Shown here piece by piece: positions 29,788 to 41,024 of a stretch of DNA of 64,000 nt (position 1 is its first letter; each line of letters begins with the position of its first letter). The notes beneath the pieces are model-generated. The model did no database searches. It had not been told where the DNA came from and was given only the letters and a program-made list of their open reading frames with translations. The position numbers were made by a program, and so were the translations under genes. Source of the stretch: Takakia lepidozioides (Eukaryota; Plantae; Bryophyta); assembly GCA_030704615.1 (NCBI GenBank), contig CM060734.1, positions 59,954,001-60,018,000 on the forward strand, read 5' to 3'.

Positions 29788-31464
29788 CTATCCCAAGCAG
29801 TGTGGACACAACCAATCTCCGTCAGGAACCTTCTCAAGAGGTGGTGTCAAGCATCCCATATGCCAACCCCTTGAGCATCGATCACACACCAGCATGGTGG
29901 TTGCCCCTTTGGCAGACCCATAGAGCATGCACCTCAAACCTGCAAGTACCACTGCCAAGTTTGGGTCAACTCTGCCATCGACATTGTGAAGGTGACATGG
30001 CGCACAATTACGCACATGGTCCTTCCAAGTCATGCCATCCCGACCCTCTAAGATCAGGACCCCTGAGGGCAACACCTCTCGAACCCTCAGAATAACACGC
30101 CCTGCAGTAACATCCAGAGTCGTAGGAGCAGTCTGCTGCAAATAAACATAGTCACCAGGGCTAAACCTCCGAACCCCAGGACGATATCCTCCACCACGTA
30201 TAGTGGCATACCTCAACGTATCACGGTGTTGTGCAATGGCAAGGTTTTCAAAAGCCATGGGCATGACTTTCTTGAACAACTCTGCACGCTGATCACATGC
30301 ACGTACCCACACGTCCGGATCGTCAAGGTTAAGGACTTGAGCAGTGTCCCTACGAATGGCTGCAGGCAAATCCGGCTCTCGGCCAAAGAGAAGGAAATAT
30401 GGTGAGAAGGAGGCAAGTGATGCTTGTTTGCTGAACCTGTAGCCCATGGCTAACCAAGGAACCTGAAGATCCCAATCTCCTAGGTGTCCCTTCTGCAAGC
30501 CATACTTGCGCAAACCCCTCTTCACCGTCTGAACAACTCTCTCTGCTAAGCCATCGGCCTCAGGATGATCCCGAGAAGTGGTGTGGTGGTCTATCAAGGC
30601 TTTATCACACAAAGCCTGAAACTCCCCCAAAAACTCTCTCCCTTGGTCCGTGAGTACCTCAGCTGGAGCACCAAATCGGCTAAGCACACGATCCAAGAAT
30701 GCATACGCAGCCCCCTCACTAGCCTTGTCAGGCAATGGAACCAACTCAATCCACTTGGAGAAGTGCTTCACCATCACCAACACATATCTGTGGTGGCGCA
30801 TAGTCAGTGGCAACGGTCCTGCGAAGTCAAGACTCCACCTGTAGCCCAATCCCATGATTGGTAAAGGATGCAACTGTGGTGTAGGGGCGTTGAATGAAGC
30901 ACGCACCCTGTCACACACCATGCACCTAGCCACGAACTGTTGCACCTCTGTATGCATACCACGCCACCAATACTGCCCCTGCAATAAACTGTGAGTGCGT
31001 CGCACTCCAAAATGCCCCAACTCCTCATGGGCATGCCGCACTAACCGTGCACGCTGTGTGGGGTGAGGCACAATCCTCACCCGACCATCCTCCCACACTC
31101 GAAGTAGGTGTATCCCCTCCCACTTGAACCTCTTGGCTCGTTGCAGGATCCGATCCCTCTCCCTGGCAGTCACAGTGACTGCCGTGTCTCCCGTGCGGAG
31201 GTAGTCCAACACAGCCGAATCCTCGTGTATATCTCTGGCACCACCTGGCTCATCACTAGCCTCAGGGTCCTCAGACACTCCGTCTACAGTCATCCCTGTT
31301 GTAGGTCCAACCTGACCTCCCGATGCCAAGATACACAAAAATGCAGATGCGTGCCATCTCGGTACCATCTCCTCGTCCGTCTCACCATGCCACCGAGCTC
31401 CTGTGTCATCCTGCTGGCTCATGCATGGATTGCGACTCAATCCATCCGCATCCCGATTGACCAA
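29788..31464 (-). CDS. Retrotransposon DDE integrase with a C-terminal PHD finger (PHD about 29791-29931)
   Basis: HHCC (HAHEELGHFG...CMVC); D-D-E core (WSLDFAG, LTDQGREF, DGLAERVV); C-terminal CMLY...LVCDRCSRGWHMGCLTPPLEKVPDGDWLCPHC fits the C4HC3 PHD pattern with the second Cys replaced by Tyr. Confidence 0.92.
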   Translation of the reverse strand: MVNRDADGLSRNPCMSQQDDTGARWHGETDEEMVPRWHASAFLCILASGGQVGPTTGMTVDGVSEDPEASDEPGGARDIHEDSAVLDYLRTGDTAVTVTARERDRILQRAKRFKWEGIHLLRVWEDGRVRIVPHPTQRARLVRHAHEELGHFGVRRTHSLLQGQYWWRGMHTEVQQFVARCMVCDRVRASFNAPTPQLHPLPIMGLGYRWSLDFAGPLPLTMRHHRYVLVMVKHFSKWIELVPLPDKASEGAAYAFLDRVLSRFGAPAEVLTDQGREFLGEFQALCDKALIDHHTTSRDHPEADGLAERVVQTVKRGLRKYGLQKGHLGDWDLQVPWLAMGYRFSKQASLASFSPYFLLFGREPDLPAAIRRDTAQVLNLDDPDVWVRACDQRAELFKKVMPMAFENLAIAQHRDTLRYATIRGGGYRPGVRRFSPGDYVYLQQTAPTTLDVTAGRVILRVREVLPSGVLILEGRDGMTWKDHVRNCAPCHLHNVDGRVDPNLAVVLAGLRCMLYGSAKGATTMLVCDRCSRGWHMGCLTPPLEKVPDGDWLCPHCLG

Positions 31465-32750
31465 ACCGGTCGATGCACAACCTGAAAGTCATACTCCTGG
31501 AGTATGAGTGCCCACCGTGCAAGCTTCCCCGTAAGCTTGTCTGACTCCATCAACCACTTGAGTGGCTGGTGATCCGTGACAAGGGTGAAAAGATTGTCGT
31601 ATAGATAGCACCTGAAGTGTGCCACGGCCCACACTGCAGCTAAGCACTCTCCCTCATATGAGCTGTACTTAGCCTCCGCAGCGTTGTTCGAGCGGCTAGC
31701 ATAAGCCACTACGAACTCTCTTCCCTCATCATCCACCTGTGTGAGCACCGCTCCTGCTCCAATCCATATGCAAGCTGAAAGGGACGCCCCCTGATAGGTC
31801 GTCTCAGGATAGGCGCCGAGGTCAACCTCGCCTTGAGCTCTTGAAAAGCTCGTTCCTGCTCATCTTCCCACTGCCACTCCTGGTCCACCTTGGTCAGCTT
31901 GGTTAGAGCTTTTGCAATGGTACTAAATCCCTTGACAAACCGTCTATAATAGTTTGCCAACCCCATGAAAGCTCGAACTCGGCTCACATCCGTGGGGTGG
32001 AATTTGTGCAATGGCCTCTACCTTAGTCTGCTGTACCCCCAATCCTCCAGGATATATCATGTGACCCAGATACTCAATCTGGTTGTGGAAAAACTTGCAC
32101 TTCCCCGGATGCAACTTCAATCCGTGCGCTCTCAAGCGCTCCAATACCACCTGAAGGTGTCTCTCATGCTCCTCCATCGTAACACTAAAGATGATGATGT
32201 CATCTATGTAGCACCGAGCAAAGTCCACCCCTGCTAGAATCCTATCCATGACTCTCTGAAACTCTGCAGGAGCATTCTTAAGCCCAAATGGTAAGAACCG
32301 CCACTGATATAGGCAATCCTTGCCGTGCTCATTGATCCCCCAGAATGTCGTCTTCTGCTTGTCCGCCTCCTTGATTGGCAACTGGTGATATCCGGATCGT
32401 AAATCCAAAGTGCTAAAGGCCTTAGCATGCCCGATGGCATCAAAGATCTCCTCTGGTGTTGGCATGGCATACTTATCGGACTTGGTCTGACGATTTACAG
32501 GCCGGTAATCACCGCACATACGTCTCTCCGTCCAATTGCCATAGACATCCTTCTTGGCTGGCATCACTGTGGCTGAAGCATACTCTCCACCAGAGAGCTC
32601 CACCAAACCTGCCTCCCAGAGATCTTGAGTCCTCATCTGAATCAAAGACCTCTCCATGTCACTGTATCTATAGGGTCTCCGAAAGATTGGCGTGTCAGTG
32701 GCCAACTCAATACGGATCTCTTGACCCTTCAGTGCTCCCAAGTCCTTCAA
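31437..32750 (-). pseudogene. Gypsy reverse transcriptase and RNase H, split by frameshifts
   Basis: RMCGDYRPVN, STLDLRSGYHQ, LPFGLKNAPAEFQ, YIDDIII, YLGH; then VRAFMGLANYYRRFVKGF, VAYASR, YSSYEGECLA, VTDHQPL in successive frames. Confidence 0.93.
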
Positions 32751-33199
32751 ACTGAAGGCAAAGCAATTCCTGTAAGCCCTCAGGAACCGCCGTATACGTC
32801 GTCTCTCTTCTCCGGTGACAATGGGTCCAATGTCAGGCTCCCAATTGTCCTCCGTAACTGCAACCTTAAGTCCAGTGGGCTTAGAGGTAGAGGACGCGTC
32901 CAGTGGTTGCTATGTTGCAACCTCTTGAGCAGTACTCCATCCCTGCTCAGTCAATGACAAGGCCTCATCCTGCCCCATCATCTCATCCTTGAGGACCTCC
33001 TCAACCCGAGAAGAATCCCCAACCTCATCCATCACAGCCGCTTGGCTGCCAACTCCCTCTGAACCTCGAGCACCTCCCACGTGTGCCATGGATGCATGCA
33101 CCCCGTGGTCCTCACATGCTCGCCCCCACTCACTGCCTGTACCGTCTCGGTAGGCAGAGAGACCATTGAGGGAAGTGTACTCCGCACTCTGCGTTGCTC

Positions 33200-34160
33200 A
33201 GCCAAAGCCAAGCTGATAATCCAGGTCAAGCAATTGAGATCCATTGCTTGCCCCAACACTTGACGACGTGATGCCTCAGAAAGAGACGACACCGCCGTGG
33301 TACCAGTGGTAAAACCCATTGCCCGCTCACGCTCGTCAGCATTAGGCTCCACTAACTGCTGCAACTGAGCATCCCACAGGAGGCCAGGTCCACTATCCCG
33401 GAAAGCATGCGATCCTGGGAAGCTGAGCAGTGTAGGTAATGCTGCTCGTGGTTGACCCACCTTGTTGACCACTGCCAAAGGCGAACGGTCATCGTGTCTC
33501 ACACGCTGAGACTGCCTCCTGTGTCCAGAATGTTATCCACTGTGAGATGTGCTGGCCGCTGCACCCCATCAAATGCACGCTTGAGCAGTGCGGGTGGCAT
33601 CAAGTTAGTCCACCATAGCCGTGGACGATGAGCCCGTGACCCACTGTAGCTGCATCTAGCAACACTGCTGACCCAAGCCACGACCGGACTTGATGCACAC
33701 TGGCCATCACCCTGGCCCGAGAATCGCCCATCAGTGGCACATTCTCCAAGATGTATGCTGGAGATACAGCTTGATGAAGCTGCAAGTGGCGCAAAACCCG
33801 CACCATCTCCCAAAACAGACCCGACCTCGAGTCTCGCAATCCATTGCCATGCCCGGCTGATGAATGCCCTTGGCAGGGCCAACCTGCCACTACCAGATCA
33901 ATGGAGCCAACCCGCTCCAAATCCTGCGCCCCCAGCAACGAAATGTCTGCTGGCAAGGCCTGCTGATATCCACGAATTGCAGACACCGACAACAACTCAG
34001 GGTACCGCTGCACCAACTGAGCAACATGGCGAAGTGAAACGCGTCGTGCAGTCTCATCCCTCTCCACATACAGGTAACGCCGAACTCGTACACCTGCCTG
34101 TAACACAGCAGCCAATCCGGTGCTGATCCCGCCAAACAAGTCCAGAAGACAAATGCCTTC
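33200..34160 (-). pseudogene. DNMT3-like C5 cytosine DNA methyltransferase domain embedded in the retrotransposon pol region (frameshifted twice)
   Basis: Ordered C5-MTase motifs: I LLDLFGGISTG, II YVERDE, IV IDLVVAGWPCQGHS (catalytic PC), V RSGLFWE, VI ILENVP, VIII LDAATVG/SRAHRPRLWWTNL, IX ERERAMGF, X RRQVLGQAM, across ORFs 33600-34325, 33499-33882 and 33032-33502. Confidence 0.93.
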
Positions 34161-34279
34161 ATCCGGATACTGCCACACAATAGGTGTGGTGTCCAATGGA
34201 GACAATTGAGGTGGTCCTGGTGCAATCCCCACACTCTCCTCCTCTCCTGACGGTACAAAAGCCTCCACCCAGGCTTGTT

Positions 34280-37087
34280 GCACCCGTCGATCAGCATCCG
34301 CTGCAAATCCTTGCTCGTGCCCCACAATGGAGTCTGAGCAACCATGGTAGGCAACTCCGCCATACCATACATGTCATCCTGCTCTCCCGGAGGTGGTACA
34401 TCCTCTGAATGAGCGTTGCCCTCAAGCAACTCTCTAGGCCAACTCACTGCCGCTGTGAATGCTGCTAGTGTCGGCATCTTGCCTCGCTGGGCAACCGCAA
34501 CTCCTCCTATGAACGTCACAGGGAGCTGCACACGCCGGCCCTCCCCTGACTGCCATGCAGGCCTATAGGAAGCTGACTCCTCCCAAAAATCCAGGGTGAA
34601 GCCCATGGGGTACAACACTGCCCCACCAACCAGGACATCGTATGAGACCGCGTCTGTCACAATGGCCTTGGCTCGCATCACTGAGCCATCTGTAGGGTGA
34701 TCCGGCCGTAGTCTGATAGCCAACTCACGCCGTGTCATGCCCCGAGCCTGCTCCGATCCTCCCAGAGACGTCTGTATCTGGAAAGGACAAGGCTCCATAT
34801 CCGCCTCCGTGAGGCCCAAGCCTGCAATAGCAGCTCTGCCCAGCATCAATGGCTGAGCTCCCGAGTCCAACAAGACCCGCAGTGGCCGGTACCTCTTGCC
34901 TGCCGGTCCACTCAAACAGAAAATGCCATCCTGGTTGTCTAACATGACAACTCCAGGTGTCACCATGGCGCGCTCAATGGCTGGCCTAGCTGGCAGCTCC
35001 ATCAACCTGGCAGCTGCAGCTTGCCATGGCGCCGCCGTGGCAGTCTTGACCCTCAAATCCGAGGATCCCTCCGGCACTACACCTCCCACTATCTCCGCAG
35101 AAGATGAAGTAACCTCCCCACTCTCACAGAGTGTAGCTGCCAGCCTGAACACCTCAGCTGGTCTTACCCCCGGCGTCGCAATCATGGTAGCCGAGAACAA
35201 TGGAGCCTGGCACACAGATGTGGCCGCTCCTAGCAGCACACTAGCTGCCGTAGCCTTGGCAACACTAGGTAGTGGTGCTACCCGTGTAGCTCTCCCCAAT
35301 GGCATAGTAACCTCCGCCTCGGTAACAGTCGGGCGAGAACTAGGTGCCATGGATGGCGTCGACACTGTCTCCGCCAATGTGAATGACTGAGGAAGCCTAG
35401 CCTGACGGCTTGCCTCCCCACGCTGTGGATCCAACTCCACCTCTGCACCTCGTGGCTCAGGAACTCGTGCTGCTCCTCGAGTCACGGCTGCAGCAGACTC
35501 CACCTGCACTAGTGGTAGTGCTGCTCCACACATGAATCCCATGCCTCCCATATCTCCTCCCTCAGGAGCAGGAGGTGGACCATCCGGCCTTAGAGCCGGT
35601 ACCACCTGAGCTGTAGCCATGGCAGCGAGCCTCTGCTCTAGCTGCTGAAGCCGGTTGGCCATGCCTTGGTCAACACCCTGACCTCCGCGTCCTTGGCCAT
35701 GTTGAGCTTGCCCTTGGCCTGCACCTCGTGGCTGGCCACCTCGTCCTCTCTGGGCTGCTCCACCTCGCCCCCGGCCACCATTGTTCCCTTGGAACTGGCC
35801 TGGGCGCAACTCAGGATGCAAACCATAACACTGGGCCTCTCCATGCCCGTGCTTGCCACAATGCCCACACTGCAACTGTGCAGGCTGTGCATGTGCCGGC
35901 CCTTTGCCTCCCTCTGGGCAATCCTTCTTGACATGGGGTCCTCCACATGTCCAGCACACCACATCCGCCCGTTGTTGGCCAGCAAATGAAGGGAGAGACC
36001 CCTGCATCTGAGGTCCTCTCTGCCCTTCCCTGAGCTTCACCTGAGCCCCCTTGTTGCCTTGAGCACGTTGAGGTAGTGGTTGGCTAGGAGCACCACTACC
36101 CCGTGGTGTCTCCTTAGCAAATCCCACCATGACCACTCGTTCCTCCACCATGTTGAGCTCTATCCGCTCTGCCAGCAAAAACACATTTGCTAAGGTGGGT
36201 TGGGCCGCTTGTAGGAGAGTTGCATCCCGCACCCTTCTCCTCAGCTCCTTGTCCAATATCCCATACCAGAATTGGACTGCCTGAGCTTCCGTAACCCCTT
36301 GGGTTACATTTATCAAGCGCCTCATGCGAGTGAAAGCCTCCCTCAAGCTCTCGGTCGGCTTCCGTTGGAACTCTTGCAAGCTCCGCAACTTCTCTGTCCT
36401 CACCCCTTGGTAGTTCCCTCTCAACTCTTCGAAGAACTCCACAACAGGGTTGAAGGCAGGCACGGGTACTAGTGCTGGTGCGGTAGTGGCTTGGGTGGAC
36501 GTCGTAGCTACTGTACCACCAGTCCCACTAGTCCCACTGCTACTTGCTGAAGCTGCCGGTGCAGCGGCAGGTGTAGCCACTGCCCTCGTGGCTCTAGTGC
36601 CCCTAGTGATGGAGACATAGTCGGGTGACCAGTACATCCTCCACTCCTCGATCTCAACCTCATGCCCCCGCCTGAACTCATGGTAATCATCCATAGGCGG
36701 CCCCTCAAGGTGCTGAAACAGCCCTTTCCATGCCATGAAAGGCGTAAATAGTTGTGGATTGCGCATTTGCTGCAAATCACACCAACTATCAAACTCTTGG
36801 ATAAAATCATCCAACTCGATGGTGCCCACCGCCCCAGAGTACCTTCGTGGCCCCTTGGTAGCTCCATACATCTCCTCCATTGTGTCCCACAACAATGGCA
36901 AAGAAACAACTTGCACCGCCGGTATGAGTCCTCCTGATTCACAATCCGAATCAGAACCTTCCGTAGAAGACACAGGAGGTGAAGGTGGCCTAAACCGCAC
37001 ACCTCGTCTCGTGTACCCACTAGTATCGCTAGTGCTCGAACCGGCACTGTCCCCAGCAACTAGTGGCACCTCCGTGTTGACACTCAA
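34280..37087 (-). CDS. Retrotransposon Gag (two CCHC zinc knuckles) and aspartic protease
   Basis: Gag-like LRSLQEFQRKPTESLREAF; knuckles CWTCGGPHVKKDC and CGHCGKHGHGEAQC; protease VLLDSGAQ...DVLVGGAVL. The ORF track starts at 37087 and the first ATG is at 36880. The frame shifts into the DNMT frame near 34280. Confidence 0.88.
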
Positions 37088-37739
37088 CCGGTCATGAACA
37101 TGTCCCTAACCCCCTCTCCACAAGGTAACCGGGTAGAGAACCTGTTGCGGCTTATGGTTTGGAATACTAAGTTCCTAACATAGCCTACACCTGTACCTGC
37201 ATCCACCGCAAGCACTCCTATGGTTGGCTGGTCATCACCTCCAACCTCACCACAGGAGAAACAATGATGGTCTGGCTGGTCATCACCCCAGCCTCACCAT
37301 CGACAGCATGCTCTAGGACTGGCCGGTGATCAAATCCGGACCAATCACCTATAAAAACAAGCGCCCACACAAAACTAGCATGGCGCACAGTCAAGCATGC
37401 AGGTATGGAGGGGATCCAAACACAAGAAATCAGAACGACAACTCCCCCACACCAAAAACAACTCCACGGTGTTGCTCCTGCAAGGACACCCCAGCCCAAA
37501 CCCGGACTGACTCTTGCCTCCACCTACGGAAAGGTCTTGGCCTAATGAGAGGGTGGAAACTACGAGGAAGAGAAGCTAAAGCAATGCCTAACCCCAGCAT
37601 GCCCTCATCCCAACACTCTTCCTCTCCTCTCTTCCCTCACTTGCATGACCATGGGAATATCATGAAGATACTCCTCAAACCGCCCTCCACGAGCTTCAAA
37701 ATTCGGCCTTCAGACCACATGCCAGTCCTTAGGCAGTCC

Positions 37740-39170
37740 ACCAGTGCCTCCACGAGTCAGCACAGGCCGTCCACAGGTCAACACGGGCCACCACAGACCA
37801 GCACAGGCCACACAGCTCACTGGTCACAGCCGTCACAGTCCCACAGGCCACTGGGCACAGCCTGTCACACAGCCCCTCACAGCCCCAAAGGCCTCAGCAC
37901 GGCCTGACCCACAGCCCTCACACACAGCCCTCACACACCGCCCCAAAGGCCTCAGGCACGGCTGTACACAGCCCCTCACTCAGCAACCCCTCACAGCCCC
38001 ACAGCCACTGGGCCCCACAACACCACAGCACACAGCCCGTCACAGCCCCACAGGCCACTGGCACAGCCTGTCACACACTCCCCTCCACTCCCTTCACACC
38101 CACCTTTCACAGCCCCCACAGGCCACTGGCACAGCCTTCACCCCATCACACCACGCCCCTCACTCACAGCCCCAAGGCCACGGGCACACAGCCTGTCACA
38201 CAAGCCCCCAAAGCCCTCACAGCCCCACAGGCCACAGGCACGGCCTGTCACAACAGCCCCCACAGCCCACTCACAGCCCCCCACACAACCCACACACCCG
38301 TCCCAACACACAGCCACATCACCCCACACACTCCCACCACAGCCAAAGCCCCACACGGCCTGTCACAGCCCCCTCACACAGCCCGTCACAGCCCCAAGGC
38401 CTCAAGCACGGCCTGTCACAGCCCTCACAGCACCTCAAGCCCATCACAGCCCAAAGGCCATGGGCACAGCCCCTCACAGCAGCCCCTCACAGCCCCACAG
38501 CCACTGGGCACAACCTGTCACAGCCCGCACACCCGTCACAGCCCCACAGGCCACGGCACAGCCTGTCACAGCCCCGCACCCGCACAGCCGTCACAGCCCG
38601 TCACAGCCCCACAGCCACTGGGCACACATCCTTTCACAGCCCCGCACAGCCCGTCACACAGCCCACAGGCCACTGGGCACAGCCCGTCACAGCCCCACAG
38701 GCCACTGGGCACAACAGCCTGTCACAGCCCCTCACACCCCAAGGCCACGGCACAGCCTGTCACAGCCCTCACAGCCCCAAAGGCCTCAGGCACGGCCTGT
38801 CACACAAGCCCACACCCCACAGGCCACTGGGCACACCTTCCAGCCTCGCACAACCCGTCACAGCCCCACAGGCCACTGGCACCGTCTTGGCACAGCTCGC
38901 ACAGCCCGTCACAGCCCAACAGGCCACTGGGCACAGCCCTCTCACAGCCTATCACAGCCCCGCACAGCCCCACAGGCCACTGGCACAGCCCGTCATCCCC
39001 ACAGCCACTGGGCACAGCCTGTCACAGCCCGTCACAGCCCCACAGGCCACTAGGCACGGCCTGTCACAGCCCCTCACAGCCCCTCACACCCCCAAAGCCT
39101 CAGGCACGGCCTGTCACCCAGCCCCTCACAGCTCACACAGCCTCAGTCAGCCCTTCACACATGCCCCACT
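37740..39170. repeat. About 1.4-kb degenerate minisatellite (CACAGCCC / CACAGGCCACTGGG / CACGGCCTGT units) in the retrotransposon 5' leader
   Basis: Dozens of visible CACAGCC(C) units with extreme C/A strand skew. Confidence 0.9.
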
Positions 39171-39649
39171 CCATGGCCGCTCTGGCAGTTTAGCCATTTC
39201 TCCAAGGGTTTAGCCACGCCAAGCTAGGGTTTGTGTCTCTTGGACTCTAGGCTTCTTTCCACCGAACTATGGTGGCTGTGAGGAAATCAGCAAGGTATTC
39301 TTGCTCTTTCGGCTCCCACACACCACCATAGTAGCCCTAAGCCATGAGGTGGTTGCCACAAACCAAGCCTTCTTTCTCACTTAGCCTCCCCAAACACGCA
39401 CTAAACTCATGGCAAACAACCAAGCCCTGCTGGTTCCCAGCCCTTGTGAGCACTCATTCAAGCACTCTCCTTGGCCATAGCATCTGTCTTAGAGCCTATT
39501 CCAGCTCCCTACACCGCTGCTTCAAGAGTTGCGCTCCCTTCAAGCTTGAAGTTGAAACCCCAACCCCAACTCACATAGGCCCTACAAGTGCTTTTCTTTC
39601 ACTCCAAGTGGAAACCAGCCCTAGACCTTCCGTTCTAGCTCTCTAAAGC

Positions 39650-39990
39650 TTGAAAACAAGAGCCTCAATGGGCTGAAGGCATGCTCCACACATGCCCCAC
39701 CATAAGAGAATCAGCTCCTTTGCTTCATTTCTTGCACCCACAAACCTGAAAATACAAGCTTCAGCAGGCTGAAAGCATGCTCCACATGCCCTACAGGGAA
39801 ACCAGCCCCTTCCTTCCTTTCTTGCACTCCCACACCTGAAAGTGCAAGCCTTCACCAGGCTGATAGCATGCTCACACATGCATTGCCCTCACATAAGGGA
39901 AGTTAGCCCTTCCCTCTTCCTTACTTGCCCTCCAAGCTTGAAGATGGAAGCTTCAATGAGCTGAATACATGCTCCACACATGCAACCTCT
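39650..39990. repeat. Degenerate tandem repeat, about 4 copies with roughly 95-bp period, in the retrotransposon leader
   Basis: A GCTGAA..CATGCTCCACACATG-like motif recurs near 39672, 39768, 39859 and 39960. Confidence 0.6.
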
Positions 39991-40682
39991 TCACACAAGA
40001 GATATCAGCCCCCTATCTTGGCTCCTTGGCTCCTTGATGCTCTCTAAGACAAGACTAAGCACTCCACAGCCTTTGCCAAGCTCCTGAAACCCTAAGGCTT
40101 ACATTTCCAGCCACAAGACACTTCTCTTGTGGTGCAAGAGCTCTTCTTCCAAGCTCTGAAACCCTAGGTGCACATTCCATGGCCTTGCCGCACCTCTTAG
40201 CTCCTGTTCCAGCCCTGCTCTTGCCATGCCAAAAGCCCTCTCAATGCTGAAGCTCGAGATTGAAACCCAATCTCACCATACTCCACAAAGTGCACTGATT
40301 TGCCCCAAGCCAAATCAGCCCTTTCGCTTGGTCTTGCAATCTTTCACACAATGAAAGCTCGCATTCCCAAGTCCAGTTCTCAGCTTTGCCACCAAAGCCA
40401 CTATAACCTGCTCTTGACTGGTCTTCTTCCCAATCGTGCTTGCTCATGCATGTACACAATCTGAAACCATCAAGGTGCTCTGGAATTACCTGCAGCATGG
40501 TGCTTTCATCTCTGAAGCTGAAGATCGCATGCCAAGGTTTACCACCTCGTAACTCACATCGCCTCCGCTTCTAACAACCAAGAGCTCCACGGTGCTCCTT
40601 GCATAACAACCTGGTTTCTCTCATTCTCAAGCAAAAACCACAAGTGCTACAACTAACTCGTATTTGATACTCACAGATACGA

Positions 40683-40698
40683 GCTCATCTTTCTCGAG
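40683..40698 (-). other. Putative self-priming primer-binding site
   Basis: Abuts the inner end of B' and is the exact 16-nt reverse complement of 40864-40879 inside the same LTR. It does not begin with the TGG of a tRNA PBS. Confidence 0.7.
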
Positions 40699-41024
40699 TG
40701 ATAAAGAAGAAGAATACAAGCACAAACTCATGCGAGCTCACAAAGCTGAAGCATAAACTCAGGCATATATAACCTCATCACTCAGATACAAGTAAAGCCA
40801 AGTGCACCCCACGCCATGGGGAATCCACACTACGGCGCCATAGCTAGGCGCGGTGAGGCTCAACTCGAGAAAGATGAGCCTCCTGCCCTTGCCGTGAAGA
40901 TAACCACTCCAGGGCCTAAATCGGCCTTGACCCCTGGATTGACACTTGGGCCAATCCCAAATGTCAATATGTGAAAGCTAGCTATTTCCTAGCTAGTTTC
41001 ACACTAGTGGTAAATAACTTGACA
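40699..41024 (-). repeat. LTR segment B' (element 5' end)
   Basis: Direct repeat of 29011-29337; not accompanied by an A segment on its outer side. Confidence 0.95.

Larger units (their letters stand above)
28845..41024 (-). mobile_element. Ty3/gypsy-type LTR retrotransposon with gag-PR-DNMT-RT-RNaseH-IN-PHD and split/permuted LTRs
   Basis: Termini TGTC...GACA flanked by CATT at 28841-28844 and 41025-41028 (4-bp TSD). Domain order PR-RT-RH-IN is gypsy type. Repeats B/B' and A/A' are directly visible. Confidence 0.95.

Noticed and set aside
33200-34160. Host DNMT gene or bacterial contaminant
   Set aside because: Intronless, colinear with pol, and enclosed by the element's repeats and TSD within plant nuclear genes.
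37740-39170. CRISPR-like repeat array
   Set aside because: Eukaryotic context, no constant repeat with unique spacers, no cas genes.
37744-39213. 489-aa His/Pro/Ser/Thr/Gln-rich ORF (and the overlapping 197-aa ORF)
   Set aside because: Stop-free only because the minisatellite strand is very poor in T; antisense to the element, with no domain and no ATG start.
28845-41024. DIRS/Ngaro tyrosine-recombinase element (suggested by the split repeats and a methyltransferase)
   Set aside because: It encodes an aspartic protease and an HHCC-DDE integrase with a TSD, no tyrosine recombinase is visible, and the methyltransferase is C5-cytosine rather than the adenine type of DIRS elements.
29011-41024. 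Ordinary element bounded only by the two B repeats
   Set aside because: Its flanks (CACAA / CATTC) do not form a TSD and no PPT precedes the 3' B copy. The TSD appears only when segment A is included.
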